A stretch of 64,000 bases of DNA, taken from the NCBI GenBank assembly GCA_963422375.2, contig OY729428.2, positions 3,328,001 to 3,392,000 of the forward strand, written 5' to 3'. The notes under the pieces are model-generated. The model saw nothing but the letters and a program-made list of their open reading frames with translations, did not search any database and was not told the DNA's origin. The stretch is from Bryobacterales bacterium. GTDB taxonomy: Bacteria; Acidobacteriota; Terriglobia; Bryobacterales; UBA6623. Every line of letters begins with the position of its first letter. Position 1 is the stretch's first letter. Shown one piece after another: positions 31,139 to 41,837 of this stretch. The translations under genes were made by a program, and so were the position numbers.

Positions 31139-33334
31139 GAGCCTTTTGCAAAATTCAGAAAAGAGGGCTGACCGCCCCATGAACGACTAGTTTCCGGGCT
31201 GTTATTCTCGCCGAAAAAGACCCCCTTCAGCTGGGCTTGCTCCGCTGCGGGGCGCTCCTGCGAGGAGCGGCCCCGTGCAGGCGCAGCTCTCCCGGCCCGG
31301 CCCTGCGGGCGGGCGCTCTGCCCGGCTGTCCCGGCGGCCCGGGCTCTCAGAGCGCCAGGCGCAGCTCGACGGCCGCGCGGGTTGACAGCGATGAGCGGCA
31401 CGTGCCCGAGCCGCTCGCTGAAGGCCCGGATCCCGGCCGCGTCGTACACGCTGTCCATCAGGTCGTACAGGTTGTCGACGCGGCCCGCGGTCCGTGTCGC
31501 CAGCGGGATCGCGGCCTGATCGCGGCCTGATCGCGGCTTGATCGCGGCCTGGCTGTCGTGCAGCGAAGCCGCGGTGAGCAGGCAGCTGACCGGGATCCCG
31601 CCGTCGATCGCGTCGATATGCAGCTTGTAGCCATGCAGCTTGTAGCCGCGCCAGCTGACGGTATGGCCCTTGGCGTTGCGCTTGGTGCCGGTATCGCAGT
31701 CCTTCGGCAGGTCGTTCAGCATGAGCCTTTTGCAAGAATCCCGAGCTAATAGCATTATCATTTAGTTAGTCTATTAAGTATTCGATATAATCAATGGAAT
31801 AGAACTGTAGTAAATGTAGTTTTAATGGCTTGTCATGCGTTTTGAGTTTCCTGGCAATCCCTTGCCCTCCGTGCTATTATTGTAATCCAAGCCTAGTAAA
31901 CAGCTGGCAGGATTCAACGAATATGTCCTTGATAGAAACCGTATCCGCGTACTGGTTCACGTTCCAGCAGGGGCTGTTCCCCTGGCTCGAGCAGGAACTC
32001 GGCCCCCTCGGCGAGCGCTGCCGCAGCTTCGTCCAAGCGGTGGAACTGGCGCAGGTCGAGGACTGCCTGCCCGTCGGGCAGGGCGGCCGCGGCCGCCCCC
32101 TCGCAAGCCGCGCCGCCATGGCGCGCGCCTTCATCGCCAAGGCCGTCTAAGGCCGTCTAAGGCCGTCTTCGACCAGCCCACTACGCGCTCGCCGGTCGAG
32201 CGCCTGCAGACCGGTCACACCCTGCGCCGACTGTGCGGCTGGGACCTGGCCGGGGCCGTGCCCGGCGAGGCAACCTTCTCGCGCGCCTGCACCGAGTTCG
32301 CCGCCGGCGAACTGCCCGGACGCTTGCACCAGGCGCTGCTCGCGCGGGCGCTCGACGGCCACTTGGCAGGGTTGGCAGGGCACGTCTCGCGCGACTCGAC
32401 CGCCATCGAGGGCCGCGAGCGGCCCGCCGGGAAGCCCGCGCCGGAACCGGAGCCGAAACGCAAGCGCGGGCGCCCTCGCAAGGGCGAGCAGCGGCCGCCC
32501 GCTCCACGCCGACTGGCGCGGCAGCCCGACCTGAATCTCGAAGCAATGCTGCACGACCTGCCGCAGGGCTGCGATACCGGCACCAAGCGCAACGCCAAGG
32601 GCCATACCGTCAGCTGGCGCGGCTACAAGCTGCATGGCTACAAGCTGCATATCGACGCGATCGACGGCGGGATCCCGGTCAGCTGCCTGCTCGCCGCGGC
32701 TTCGCTGCACGACAGCCAGGCCGCGATCAGGCCGCGATCCCGCTGGCGACACGGACCGCGAGCCGCGTCGGCAACCTGTACGACAACCTGTACGACCGGA
32801 TGGACAGCGCGTACGACGCGGCCGGCATCCGGGCCTTCAGCGAGCGGCTCGGGCACGTGCCGCTCATCGCTGTCAACCCGCGCGGCCGGACGGAGCTGCA
32901 GGCGGATCTGGCACGGGAGGCCAAGGCGCTGCGCAGCGCCGGGCGGGCGGAGCCCGCCAAGCTGCGCTACCGCGAGCGCTCGACGGTGGAGCGTGTCAAC
33001 GGCCGCCTGAAGGACGATTGCGGCGGGCGCCACGTGCGCGTCCGCGGCCGCGGCAAGGTGCTGTGCCACCTCCTGTTCGGCGTGCTCGCGCTGACGGTCG
33101 AGCGGCTCCTGCGCCTGGCGCTCCGAGAGCCCGGGCCGCCGGGACAGCCGGGAAGAGCGCCCGCCCGCAGGGCCGGGCCGGGAGAGCTGCGCCTGCACGG
33201 GGCCGCTCCTCGCAGGAGCGCCCCGAAGCGGAACAAGCCCAGCTGAAGGGAGTCTTTTTCGGCGAGAATAACAGCCCGGAAACTAGTCGTTCAGGGGGCG
33301 GTCAGCCCTCTTTTCTGAATTTTGCAAAAGGCTC
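31139..33334. mobile_element. Composite IS copy 2 (opposite orientation): partial copy 31139-31722 (-) plus full IS 31723-33334 (+)
   Basis: Same ends and junction as 7077-9229; 4-bp TSD ATCC (31135-31138, 33335-33338). Confidence 0.9.
31923..33246 (+). pseudogene. DDE transposase disrupted by micro-duplications
   Basis: AAGGCCGTCT x3 creates TAA at 32148-32150; CAGGCCGCGAT x2 frameshift. Confidence 0.85.
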
Positions 33335-34262
33335 ATCCTTATCGGAATTTACGGTAGTCAGCGTCCTGTTCGAGGGCGATCGAAGTCAATCCTGCTGGAC
33401 AGCAGCAGGGCATTCGCACCCTTCCACATGAAGATCTTGAAGTGTGAAGCATTTGCCAGACTCTCTGCTGGCGACCTTCCTCGAAATGGCCGCCTCCGTG
33501 CCGGACGGGCCCGAGGGGCGCAACAAGCGCTGCCACGTGGCCTCGACCGCCGCCGGCATCATCGTCCGTTTCTCAACCGGCTGCGGGTCCTTCCTCTAGT
33601 TCCAAGGACACATTCGATGCACATCCAACCACTCGTGTTCCGAATCGAGAATCGCTGCCCGGACTCGAATGCTTAGTATTCCACCCGGTGCCGGCGGGTC
33701 GTGGGAGCCCGGGGCCGGCTATTGTGCAGGCAGCGCTCGAAGCCACAGTCGATGTCCGACAGGTACGGACCCTCGCCAGCTACATCGCTCAAGTATCGGC
33801 AGCGCGTCGGCGCGGACTCGCTAAGTCGCCGGTCTGGTGTTCGTGGAGGCTTGCCCCTCGCACACCGACAACGGTCACGAGAGTGGCCCAGAATCCCACT
33901 CCGTCCAGCCAGTCTTCAGCTCACGGCACCAAAGCGGGAAGCGATGTCGTCCCAAGCGGCGCGGTACTCCTCCTCTCGGTCGCACCGGTCGAACGGGGCG
34001 CAGCACTCAATCACTCGCTCGACAGGTCCACCGGGCTGGGTGTCGTAAAAAATCTTGCGCGTGACGACTCCCTGCTTGACTTCGCCGATGTCTTCCCCTC
34101 CGAGGGACAGACCCGATTCGGACCGGTCGGGCGCGAACAGGCCGTAGCACCTGTCCTCCTTGCTCGCCTTGCGCCGCAGGCCCACGCCACCCAAGCCCTC
34201 GGACGCAGTAAACACGATACGTCCGTTCACGTCGAATCAAGTGCCTGCCTCGTAGCCGCGCA

Positions 34263-34957
34263 TCACAGGAAACAGGACTCGGTAGGCAACAAGCAGATCG
34301 TCCAGTTCGAGGCCGAGAGCCATCGAGGCCAACACGTCAATCTCGACCAACGCCTGCCGCCGGGCGTAGTCGGACCGGAGTGCGCACACACGCAGCCAAA
34401 CAAATGCGAGGGAGGAAGAGTAGCCATTCGGGAGTATGAGATCAGTTCGGGTCCAAGGATATGACCGGTAGTCATCGTTCCAATGTTGATCTCCAGAGAC
34501 TCAGAATTCCGTACATCGAAGGATTGGTCAAATACGTCTGTCCCGGAGTGAGGCCGTGAAATTCTCCACAAGTCCTTTCGATTCAGGTACTTGAGTCGGT
34601 GCCCTAACGCGAGTCGGCGGACGGCGGACCGAGGGGCCCGGCTAGCAGGGCTGTCCGGCCGACCGCCCGGGCACCCGCAGGGACCTTGCCGAGATACAGT
34701 ATCGATTCGATCTTGGAATAGGCCGGATTCGATTCTCGATTCGAGATCGGTTGTTCTATCGGCGTCGATATCAAGGTCAGTCGAGTGTCGGTTGAGTCCA
34801 CGCAAGAGAGTAAGTGCCGTGGCACCGGTTAGCACTCATGGTGTGTTCCTCAGTTCTCTAACGATTCCCAAACCACTAGCTCAAGGTGCAGTTGCTCGCG
34901 AGTGAGAATGGCCCGGCGGTCATCAGCGCTCCACCTGCCCTTACGCCGACTAGGCAT
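34263..34957 (-). pseudogene. AbiEii-like nucleotidyltransferase toxin, degenerate
   Basis: P*VLTGATAL..LRGLNRHSTDLDID (LxGGTAL...RxSxDLD motif); in-frame TGA 34836-34838; 3' end uncertain. Confidence 0.6.
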
Positions 34958-35732
34958 TCTCGCCATCGGACGGGAAGATGCAGAGATCGTCACGCCGAAC
35001 CTTCGTACCGTCCGGCCCGTACTCCCACACGATGTATTCTGTCGTGTCCGAAACGACGCCCGGGATCCACTCGTCGAAGACCCGCCTACACGTTTTATCC
35101 AGCTGTGCGCGCGTCGGCTTCAGGTAGTCATTCACCAGCACGTCGATCTGGGGCTGAATGTCAATCCAGTCGTTGATCTTGTCCGGAGACATAATCAGGG
35201 GAGTATCTCGCCGGAGCTCGATCTCCCATACGCAGAGGTCGGCAATCGCCCTGTAGTGATTCGCCACTCACACCGGACCGTCGTACGGCTTGATCTCGTA
35301 GTCGGCTATGAGCTTCCCCATGTCCCGCACTCCCAGCGAACCGAGCGTAGGGTTCGTGCCGACCTCCTGCCCGTCCCCGGCCAAGGGTGCCCAGTAAGGC
35401 TCCTCGTACCCGAAGAACGCGTCGCTGCGGTGCCAGTCCCCGGATGGGTCGGCGGGGAACCGCAGGTTGACCGCCCGTTGGAACGAGATGTAACGCGTAG
35501 GGCTCGTCTCCGGGATCAGGATCGGCGTGTCCGCCGTCGGACGGCGCGGCTCCATCGCCTTTTCGAGTCTGGCGAAGTATTCGTCCCACTGCCAGTCGGC
35601 CATCCCAAGCGCAAGTCGGAACTCCTCTCGCGAGCCCCCATTGAGCTGGAATTCAAGCATCAATTTCAACCAATCCTCGTACGACAGTTCATCCGCGGTC
35701 TCTTGGCGTGCCCGTGGGTGCGTTGCTTGCAT
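34950..35732 (-). pseudogene. Hypothetical protein (putative antitoxin partner) split by one in-frame TGA at 35268-35270
   Basis: ORFs 35268..35732 and 34950..35267 are contiguous in one frame; stop overlaps the AbiEii-like start. Confidence 0.65.
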
Positions 35733-35873
35733 TTCAATTCTTCTTTTTCATGATGGCATTCGAAGTGCGGAGGGTCCGGCTCACCTCCGCGGAGACCGCC
35801 ACCCGCTCCCGACGGACTCCGTTCAAGCAGCTTCGACTCTGCCTCGGGCAACAGTCGGACTACGCCCAACTCA

Positions 35874-36340
35874 CCCAAGTCTCGAGGATTTTCGGGAGGC
35901 ATACCTGTAAGTCGTTGACTTCGTTGAGTTGGATTTCCGCGAAGCGGATCCTCGGTCACTTCATTTTGTCGCCCTGGGGTACCGCCACCGTCCGGCGGTG
36001 CCACCGGAAGCTCACGCGTGCAGCAGCGGCGATGCGAGCCTGCTCGTTGGTCGGGTCCACGTCTTGGCGGTGGCTTCACACCTTGCCGTCCGCCGTGCGT
36101 GTCGCCATCGTCAGGCGCACCCAGGTCCGCACAGGCTTGCGGATTGTGACTGCCAGAATGGGCGAATGCCGTGCCCGCGCAGGCGGTTCCGCAGGGCATG
36201 GGCCAGATGGTAGGCCAGCACGGTCAGCGACAGATGCCCTGCCGCTCGCCCGCGTAGGCGGGGTACGGGGGCAGGCCCAGTTCGTCCTTGAAGGACCGAA
36301 ACGCCGCCTCGATGTCCACCAGGCGGCAGTTGTAGGAGCC
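35874..36340 (-). pseudogene. IS1634-like transposase C-terminal remnant
   Basis: LVDIEAAFRSFKDELGL and HLSLTVLAYHL motifs in shifted frames. Confidence 0.55.
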
Positions 36341-37043
36341 CACTCTATCTCGTGGGATCACCGCGGATTCTTCCCGAACTGCATTGATATCGGATTCGCC
36401 GAACGCTGAGAGATTCCTGGCGGGACGCCTCCGGTTCCGGCGTCGAGGCGGGTCGGCGTACCGCTGTTCTGCGGCTAGGGCGGTCCCGCCGACGAGACCG
36501 CCGCGGCGGCCCGCCCTGCGCCGCCTGCGTCTCGACCCGGCCAATGACTGGAACGATCTCCTGCGCCGGCAACCTGCTACCAGACGCTCCCGGCATCGCC
36601 CCGGACCGTCCGGATCCCCTCCCTCCACACCCGGGCCGGGGCTCTCCTCCTGCGAGACATGCCCGTAGCCCCCAGCCCTTCACGGAAACTTCACCACTCT
36701 CTCGTCCTGTAGTTGCGGATCAATTGGTGAAATCGATGTTCCCTACTGCAGGAATGATCCGAGAAATTCCTCGCGGATTATTTGCCGTGCCCCGTGCCAC
36801 GAACTTGAGATACATCAGTCTTGCGCGCCCAGCTCCGCGATGTCCCTGTCGATCACCGCCAAGTGCACGATCGCCTCCCAAGCCTCGGGTTCTACCACAA
36901 CGCCGCTTGGCGCGGCACGAAGCGAGCCACGGAAGCCGGGACTGGTGCCGGGCGACACAGCCGAGGTGGGCCGCACGCGTTAGGGAGGGCGCGCGGACGG
37001 CCGGACCCGAGCGCAAAGGGTCCCGGTTCGGCAATATCGAATA

Positions 37044-38196
37044 CTGAGGAGCGCAAAAGTCGTCTCGGGTGGGTCACCCCAGAATGTACTTGCAATCGGG
37101 CTCCTTGAAGAAGCGAGCCACCTTGTCAGTCAAGTCCATTAGCGACTTGAATTCCGCCTCAAGCAGGCGCAATAGCTCGTGCTTGGTCTTAAAGAATTTC
37201 CGGCTCACCATCGGCTTCACGTGCGACCGTACCAGCTCATCTGGGTTCAGCATCGGGGAGTATTCCGGAAGAATATGAATCCTCAAGTGCCCGTACTCGA
37301 ATTCCTTCTCGAGGAAACTCGCCACCTCTCGCGCCGTGTGAATCCGGCAGATGTCCACTACGAAGCGCACCTTCCTGCCGGTCTCTTCCGCCACCTTCTT
37401 CACGAATGAGCAGAACCTTCCAGCATCCTCCGTGCCCTCGTGCAGCATGTAATGGATGCGGCCGTCCGGGCTGATCTCTGCCAGCATGTTGAAGCGAAAC
37501 TTCGTGGCCGTGCAGGTCAACTCGGGCGTCTGTCCGCGCACTACCCACGTCCTTTGCACGTGATATTCGGAGCGCATTCCGGCCTCGTCAGCGAACATGA
37601 TCAAGGCCCCTTCCCACTCGGCCTCCTGCTTGATTTCTGGGAATGTCGTGTCAATCCATCGCGCGACTTGCCCCATCCGGCGCTGGAATGCCCGGAAGCG
37701 AGGCTTCTGCGGCGTGAGCCTGAGCCGACGCATGACGCGGCGGATGGTACAGCGGCTCGCGTCGATGCCGAACTCGTCGATGAAAGCGCGGCGGACTCTC
37801 TGGACGGTCCAGTAGGCGAACTCGAACTTGAACTGCCGGGGATTCTTATCGACGACGGTATGGAAGATCCACTGCGCGTGCTCCTCGGTCAAGATGCGAG
37901 AGCATCCAGTTCCGGGCCGATCATCCAGTGCCCCCATGCCTCCGGCGATGAATCTAGCCACCCAGGACTCGACCGTTCCGGTTCCGATGCCGAATTTCAT
38001 CGCGAGTGCTTCCGGAACATAGCCGAGCGTGAATTGTGTGACAACGAACTTCCGGACGGCAATCTTAAGCTTATGAGGGAGTCGACGAAAGTCGTCGAAT
38101 TGGAAGGAATTCATGCAACAATTCTACCACATTCAAGTGTCGGAACTGGTCTCAGCAGAGGGCGCGAACGGCAAGAACGACTTTTGCGCTCCTCAG
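37044..38196 (-). mobile_element. IS630-family insertion sequence
   Basis: Perfect 20-bp TIR CTGAGGAGCGCAAAAGTCGT, flanked by TA (37042-37043, 38197-38198). Confidence 0.92.
37074..38114 (-). CDS. IS630-family transposase (probably degenerate)
   Basis: TPQKP, FADEAG, LPEYSPMLNPDEL; several consensus positions altered. Confidence 0.88.
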   Translation of the reverse strand: MNSFQFDDFRRLPHKLKIAVRKFVVTQFTLGYVPEALAMKFGIGTGTVESWVARFIAGGMGALDDRPGTGCSRILTEEHAQWIFHTVVDKNPRQFKFEFAYWTVQRVRRAFIDEFGIDASRCTIRRVMRRLRLTPQKPRFRAFQRRMGQVARWIDTTFPEIKQEAEWEGALIMFADEAGMRSEYHVQRTWVVRGQTPELTCTATKFRFNMLAEISPDGRIHYMLHEGTEDAGRFCSFVKKVAEETGRKVRFVVDICRIHTAREVASFLEKEFEYGHLRIHILPEYSPMLNPDELVRSHVKPMVSRKFFKTKHELLRLLEAEFKSLMDLTDKVARFFKEPDCKYILG

Positions 38197-38666
38197 TACG
38201 TCAAAATCGAATTGGACTAGGCCAGACTCACCCGTGGCCCCTCCGGCGGCAGCTTGATCAGTGCAGCCAGGGCTCCATCTGTACATTGTGGGCGTGCATC
38301 AGGCACAGTCCGACAAGCCGACTGCAGGCGGCCGCCGCGGGGCAGCCTTGCCACAAATGCTGGCACCGAAGGGCTCCTCCCGTCCCGCGGTGCACCCGCC
38401 TCGATGTGGCTTCCGGTCTGTCCGCGAGCGCGCCCCTCGATGCACGGAGAGCTCGCGCTGGCATCTCCCTACGGCGACGATTGGTCCCGCAGGCTCCCGC
38501 GGGCCGGATGCACGAACAACGAGGGCCGCCAGGGGCATTTGCGCACCACCTGCCAATTCGGCACCACCGGATGATCGAAGAGCTATGACCGCGACGGGTG
38601 AGGCATGATCGGCTGGAACTGGCAGCCGCCTCCATTGCGCAACTCCGGGACGCCCTTGGAATGAGC

Positions 38667-39350
38667 CTAGGAGCCGCGGAGCAGGTGGTTCAAGTACTCG
38701 AGGAGCGGGGCGATCGTCCGGAAGAGTCCGTCGATGCGGGAAGCTATGGACGGCTTCTCGATCTCCTCAGCCGACAGCGTGGCACCGGCCAGAAACTGCT
38801 TAAGCCTCAGCAGGTCGGCGGCTGGGTGGTCCCGCGGGAATCCCCTCGGCATGCGGGTGAGCCGCTGGCCCTCGAGCCCGCCGAACGCTTCCGAGAACGC
38901 CCGTCCGGACAGGATCGCCCGAAGTGCGTCCGGGGCCGAGGCGATCTCCTCCCGGATCCGCAGCAGCTCCCGCGAGCCGGGCGCGTACACACCGCCGCCC
39001 ACGAGCAGTTCGTCCGCCGAGAAATGGAAGTAGAAGCCCGCTCCGCTGTGACGCTCGAAACCGACCCGGGGGAACACAGCGGCGGCGTGCGTCTTGTACG
39101 GCTCCTTGTTCCTAGAGAACCGGACGTCGCGGTAGATCCGGTAGACCGACTTGCGAGGGTCCCGCAGGTAGCCCGGAGCGTACTCGCCCAGCGACTCTCC
39201 CAGTTCTTCCACGAGCGACAGCAGCGGCCCTCGCACATGGCGCTCGTAGTCGGCCCTGCGAGCCAGAAACCAGGCCCGGTTGTTGTTCTCTCCCAATTCG
39301 CGCAGGAATCGGCGCGCCTCGGGATCGAAGCCTTGAAACCGGAATCTCAT
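38667..39350 (-). CDS. DUF2461 (TIGR02453-type) protein
   Basis: FLREL.ENNNRAWF, RIYRDVRFSRNKEPYKTH, PRGF..DHP. Confidence 0.88.
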   Translation of the reverse strand: MRFRFQGFDPEARRFLRELGENNNRAWFLARRADYERHVRGPLLSLVEELGESLGEYAPGYLRDPRKSVYRIYRDVRFSRNKEPYKTHAAAVFPRVGFERHSGAGFYFHFSADELLVGGGVYAPGSRELLRIREEIASAPDALRAILSGRAFSEAFGGLEGQRLTRMPRGFPRDHPAADLLRLKQFLAGATLSAEEIEKPSIASRIDGLFRTIAPLLEYLNHLLRGS

Positions 39351-39517
39351 CCTCCCTCTAGCATGGCGGTTGCCAATGACACTCTGACCAGCGACGCCAG
39401 CGCAGATGGAGGCGCATGGATGGGCCCGACCGTAGTGTCGGACTCCCTGCCCGCTCGGGCCTGGCGTTGCCCGTCGCATTACTGGGCTATACTGCGTTCA
39501 GCAACTTTTTCGCAGCA

Positions 39518-40132
39518 ATGTTCGACTTGGATCAGTACGGCTCCGACGTTACGGTGTACCTGTGGCTGGCCATCGTCTCGACGCTGTTGTACCTAGTCAA
39601 GCTGGGGCTGGATCTCTTCGTCGGAGACTCGGACGTGCCGACCGATCCGACCGACCTGGACGCCGACCTAGGCGACGCCGCCGGATTCACCCTGATTTCG
39701 GTTCTCTCCGTCTTGGCGTTCCTGATGGGTGCCGGGTGGATGGGCCTGGCAGGCCGTGTGAGCTGGGGCTTCGGGGCCGTCGCTGCCGGTCTGGCGGCGC
39801 CGGCCTTCGGCCTAGCCATGATGTTCTTTTCGGCCGGGCTCATGTACGCCGTGAGCCGAATGGTTCACATGCCTCGCTACAACGTGAAGACCGTCCTGGG
39901 ACAGACCGGCAGGGTCTACCTGACCGTGCCGGCCAAGGGCGCCGGGCGCGGGCAAGTCGAGGTTGTAGTCTCCGGACGGCTCAAGGTCATGGACGCGGTC
40001 AGTGCCGGCGATGAGATCCCGGCCTTTGCGCCGGTCACGGTTGCCAGCGTGAGAGACGACGGCGTATTCGTGCTGGCACAGTCGGGAAGCCGCAGCAAGG
40101 CTTCGCCGCGGGCCCGGCGCTGGGGGAAATAA
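39518..40132 (+). CDS. NfeD-like membrane protein
   Basis: Three TM segments then GQTGRVYLTVPA...GQVEV OB-fold; upstream of flotillin. Confidence 0.8.
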   Translation: MFDLDQYGSDVTVYLWLAIVSTLLYLVKLGLDLFVGDSDVPTDPTDLDADLGDAAGFTLISVLSVLAFLMGAGWMGLAGRVSWGFGAVAAGLAAPAFGLAMMFFSAGLMYAVSRMVHMPRYNVKTVLGQTGRVYLTVPAKGAGRGQVEVVVSGRLKVMDAVSAGDEIPAFAPVTVASVRDDGVFVLAQSGSRSKASPRARRWGK

Positions 40133-40189
40133 GGCGGCCGCCTAGGTCGCGAGCTCTCGGGAAGACGCCCGAGACAAGGAGCGAGAGCC

Positions 40190-41749
40190 ATGAATGTCCC
40201 GGATCTGATGTTCGCGCAGGTGGTCGGCTTCGGCACGATCCTCCCGCTGGTCTTCATCCTCGTCTTGCTCGGCGTGCTGGTGTTCGTGGTGCGGCAGTAC
40301 AGGCGCTGCCCGTCCAACAGGGTGCTCGTCGTTTACGGCAAGGTCGGCGGCCAGCAGGCCGCCCGCTGCATCCACGGCGGCGGCGTACTCGTGGTGCCGC
40401 TGTTCCAGGACTACCAGTACCTTTCGTTGGAACCGATGACGATCGACATCGAGCTGACCGGCGCGCTGTCGAAGAAGAACATCCGCGTCAACGTCCCTTC
40501 GACCTTCACGGTCGGAGTGTCCACCGAGCATTCGGTGATGAACAACGCCGCGGAGCGCCTCCTGGGCCTTCGCGACGAGGACGTCGCGGCGCAGGCCCGC
40601 GACATCATCCTGGGCCAGATGCGCTTGGTCATCGCGACCCTCTCGATCGAGGAGATCAACCAGGACCGCGAGAAGTTCCTCGACCTAGTCAACAAGTTCT
40701 GCGCGGCCGAGCTGCTTAAGATCGGGCTGGAAGTCATCAACGTCAACATCCGGGACATCACCGACGAATCCGGCTACATCGACGCCATCGGCAAGAAGGC
40801 CGCCGCCGAGGCGATCCAGATTGCCAAGGTCGAGGTGGCCGAGCAGGTGAAGGACGGCGCCATCGGCGAGTCGACCGCCAACCGCGCCAAGGAGGTCGAG
40901 GTCGCCAACCAGTCGACCGCCGCCAACATCGGACGGAAGGAGGCGGAACGGGAGCAGAGAATCAGCGTTGCCAAGCTGGAGGCGGAAGGCCTTGCAAGCG
41001 AGGCGCTGTCGCGTCGCGAGCAGGAAATCGCGATCGCCGAGCAGCGGGCGCTTACCGAAGAGGGCAAGAAGCAGGCGGAAGCCTCGCAGCGCGTGCGGGT
41101 GGCGACGCTCGAGGCGGACGCGGTCAAGGGCGAGAACGAGTCGCGGGCCAGCATCGCCGCCTACAACGCGACCCTGGCGGAGCGCAGCGCAGAGGCCAAG
41201 CGTCGCGGCGAGGTCGCGACGGCGAGCGCGGCGCGGGATGTCTTCGTGGCGGAAAAGGAGCGCGAGCTGGCCCGCCTAGCGAAGGAGGAGGTCACGATCC
41301 AGGAGATCGAGCGCCAGAAGATCGAGATCAATGCCGACGCGGAAGCCGACCGGCTCCGGCGCATCGCCAAGGGCGAGGCCGACGCGGTGCTGGCCAAGTA
41401 CAGCGCCGAGGCCGACGGCACCCGACGCGTGCTGGAAGCGAAGGCGCAGGGCTACCAGGAACTTCTGCGCGTATGCGCGGAGCGGCCGGACCTGGCCGCC
41501 ACGCTGCTCGTCGTCGAGAAGCTGCCCGACCTGGTAGCCGAGCAGGTCAAGGCCATCCAGAACCTGAAGATCGATAAGGTGACGGTGTGGGACTCGGGGA
41601 CGGGCGCTGACGGGAACGGGAACGGAACGGCCGACTTCCTGCGCGGCCTGATCTCGTCTCTCCCGCCCGTGCATGACCTAGCCAAGCAGGCCGGCATCGA
41701 CCTGCCCGAGATTCTCGGGTCGGTCCGGCGCGACGAGAAGAAGGCCTGA
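40190..41749 (+). CDS. Flotillin-like SPFH domain protein
   Basis: YRRCPSNRVLVVYGK, LSLEPMTIDI, AAERLLG, INVNIRDITD, EA-rich coiled coil. Confidence 0.92.
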   Translation: MNVPDLMFAQVVGFGTILPLVFILVLLGVLVFVVRQYRRCPSNRVLVVYGKVGGQQAARCIHGGGVLVVPLFQDYQYLSLEPMTIDIELTGALSKKNIRVNVPSTFTVGVSTEHSVMNNAAERLLGLRDEDVAAQARDIILGQMRLVIATLSIEEINQDREKFLDLVNKFCAAELLKIGLEVINVNIRDITDESGYIDAIGKKAAAEAIQIAKVEVAEQVKDGAIGESTANRAKEVEVANQSTAANIGRKEAEREQRISVAKLEAEGLASEALSRREQEIAIAEQRALTEEGKKQAEASQRVRVATLEADAVKGENESRASIAAYNATLAERSAEAKRRGEVATASAARDVFVAEKERELARLAKEEVTIQEIERQKIEINADAEADRLRRIAKGEADAVLAKYSAEADGTRRVLEAKAQGYQELLRVCAERPDLAATLLVVEKLPDLVAEQVKAIQNLKIDKVTVWDSGTGADGNGNGTADFLRGLISSLPPVHDLAKQAGIDLPEILGSVRRDEKKA

Positions 41750-41837
41750 GCCCGCCGACCGGAGAGGCGCCCGAGGCCTGCCCAGCCAGTGCCTGGCGCG
41801 CTCCGCCTGCGGATATAGCACGCCCTACAATCGGATA

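Noticed and set aside
34836..35270. TGA=Trp or selenocysteine recoding (TGA at 34836, 35268, 60637)
   Set aside because: The same genes use TGG for Trp, host genes use TGA as stop, and neighbouring DNA has other lesions; point mutation is simpler
36384..36668. DWNDLLR motif suggesting a Toprim/primase remnant
   Set aside because: Only a few residues match; no supporting frame
36787..36804. GTGCCCGTGCCACGAACT resembling the MITE end
   Set aside because: Partial match, with no partner end or TANNTA flank
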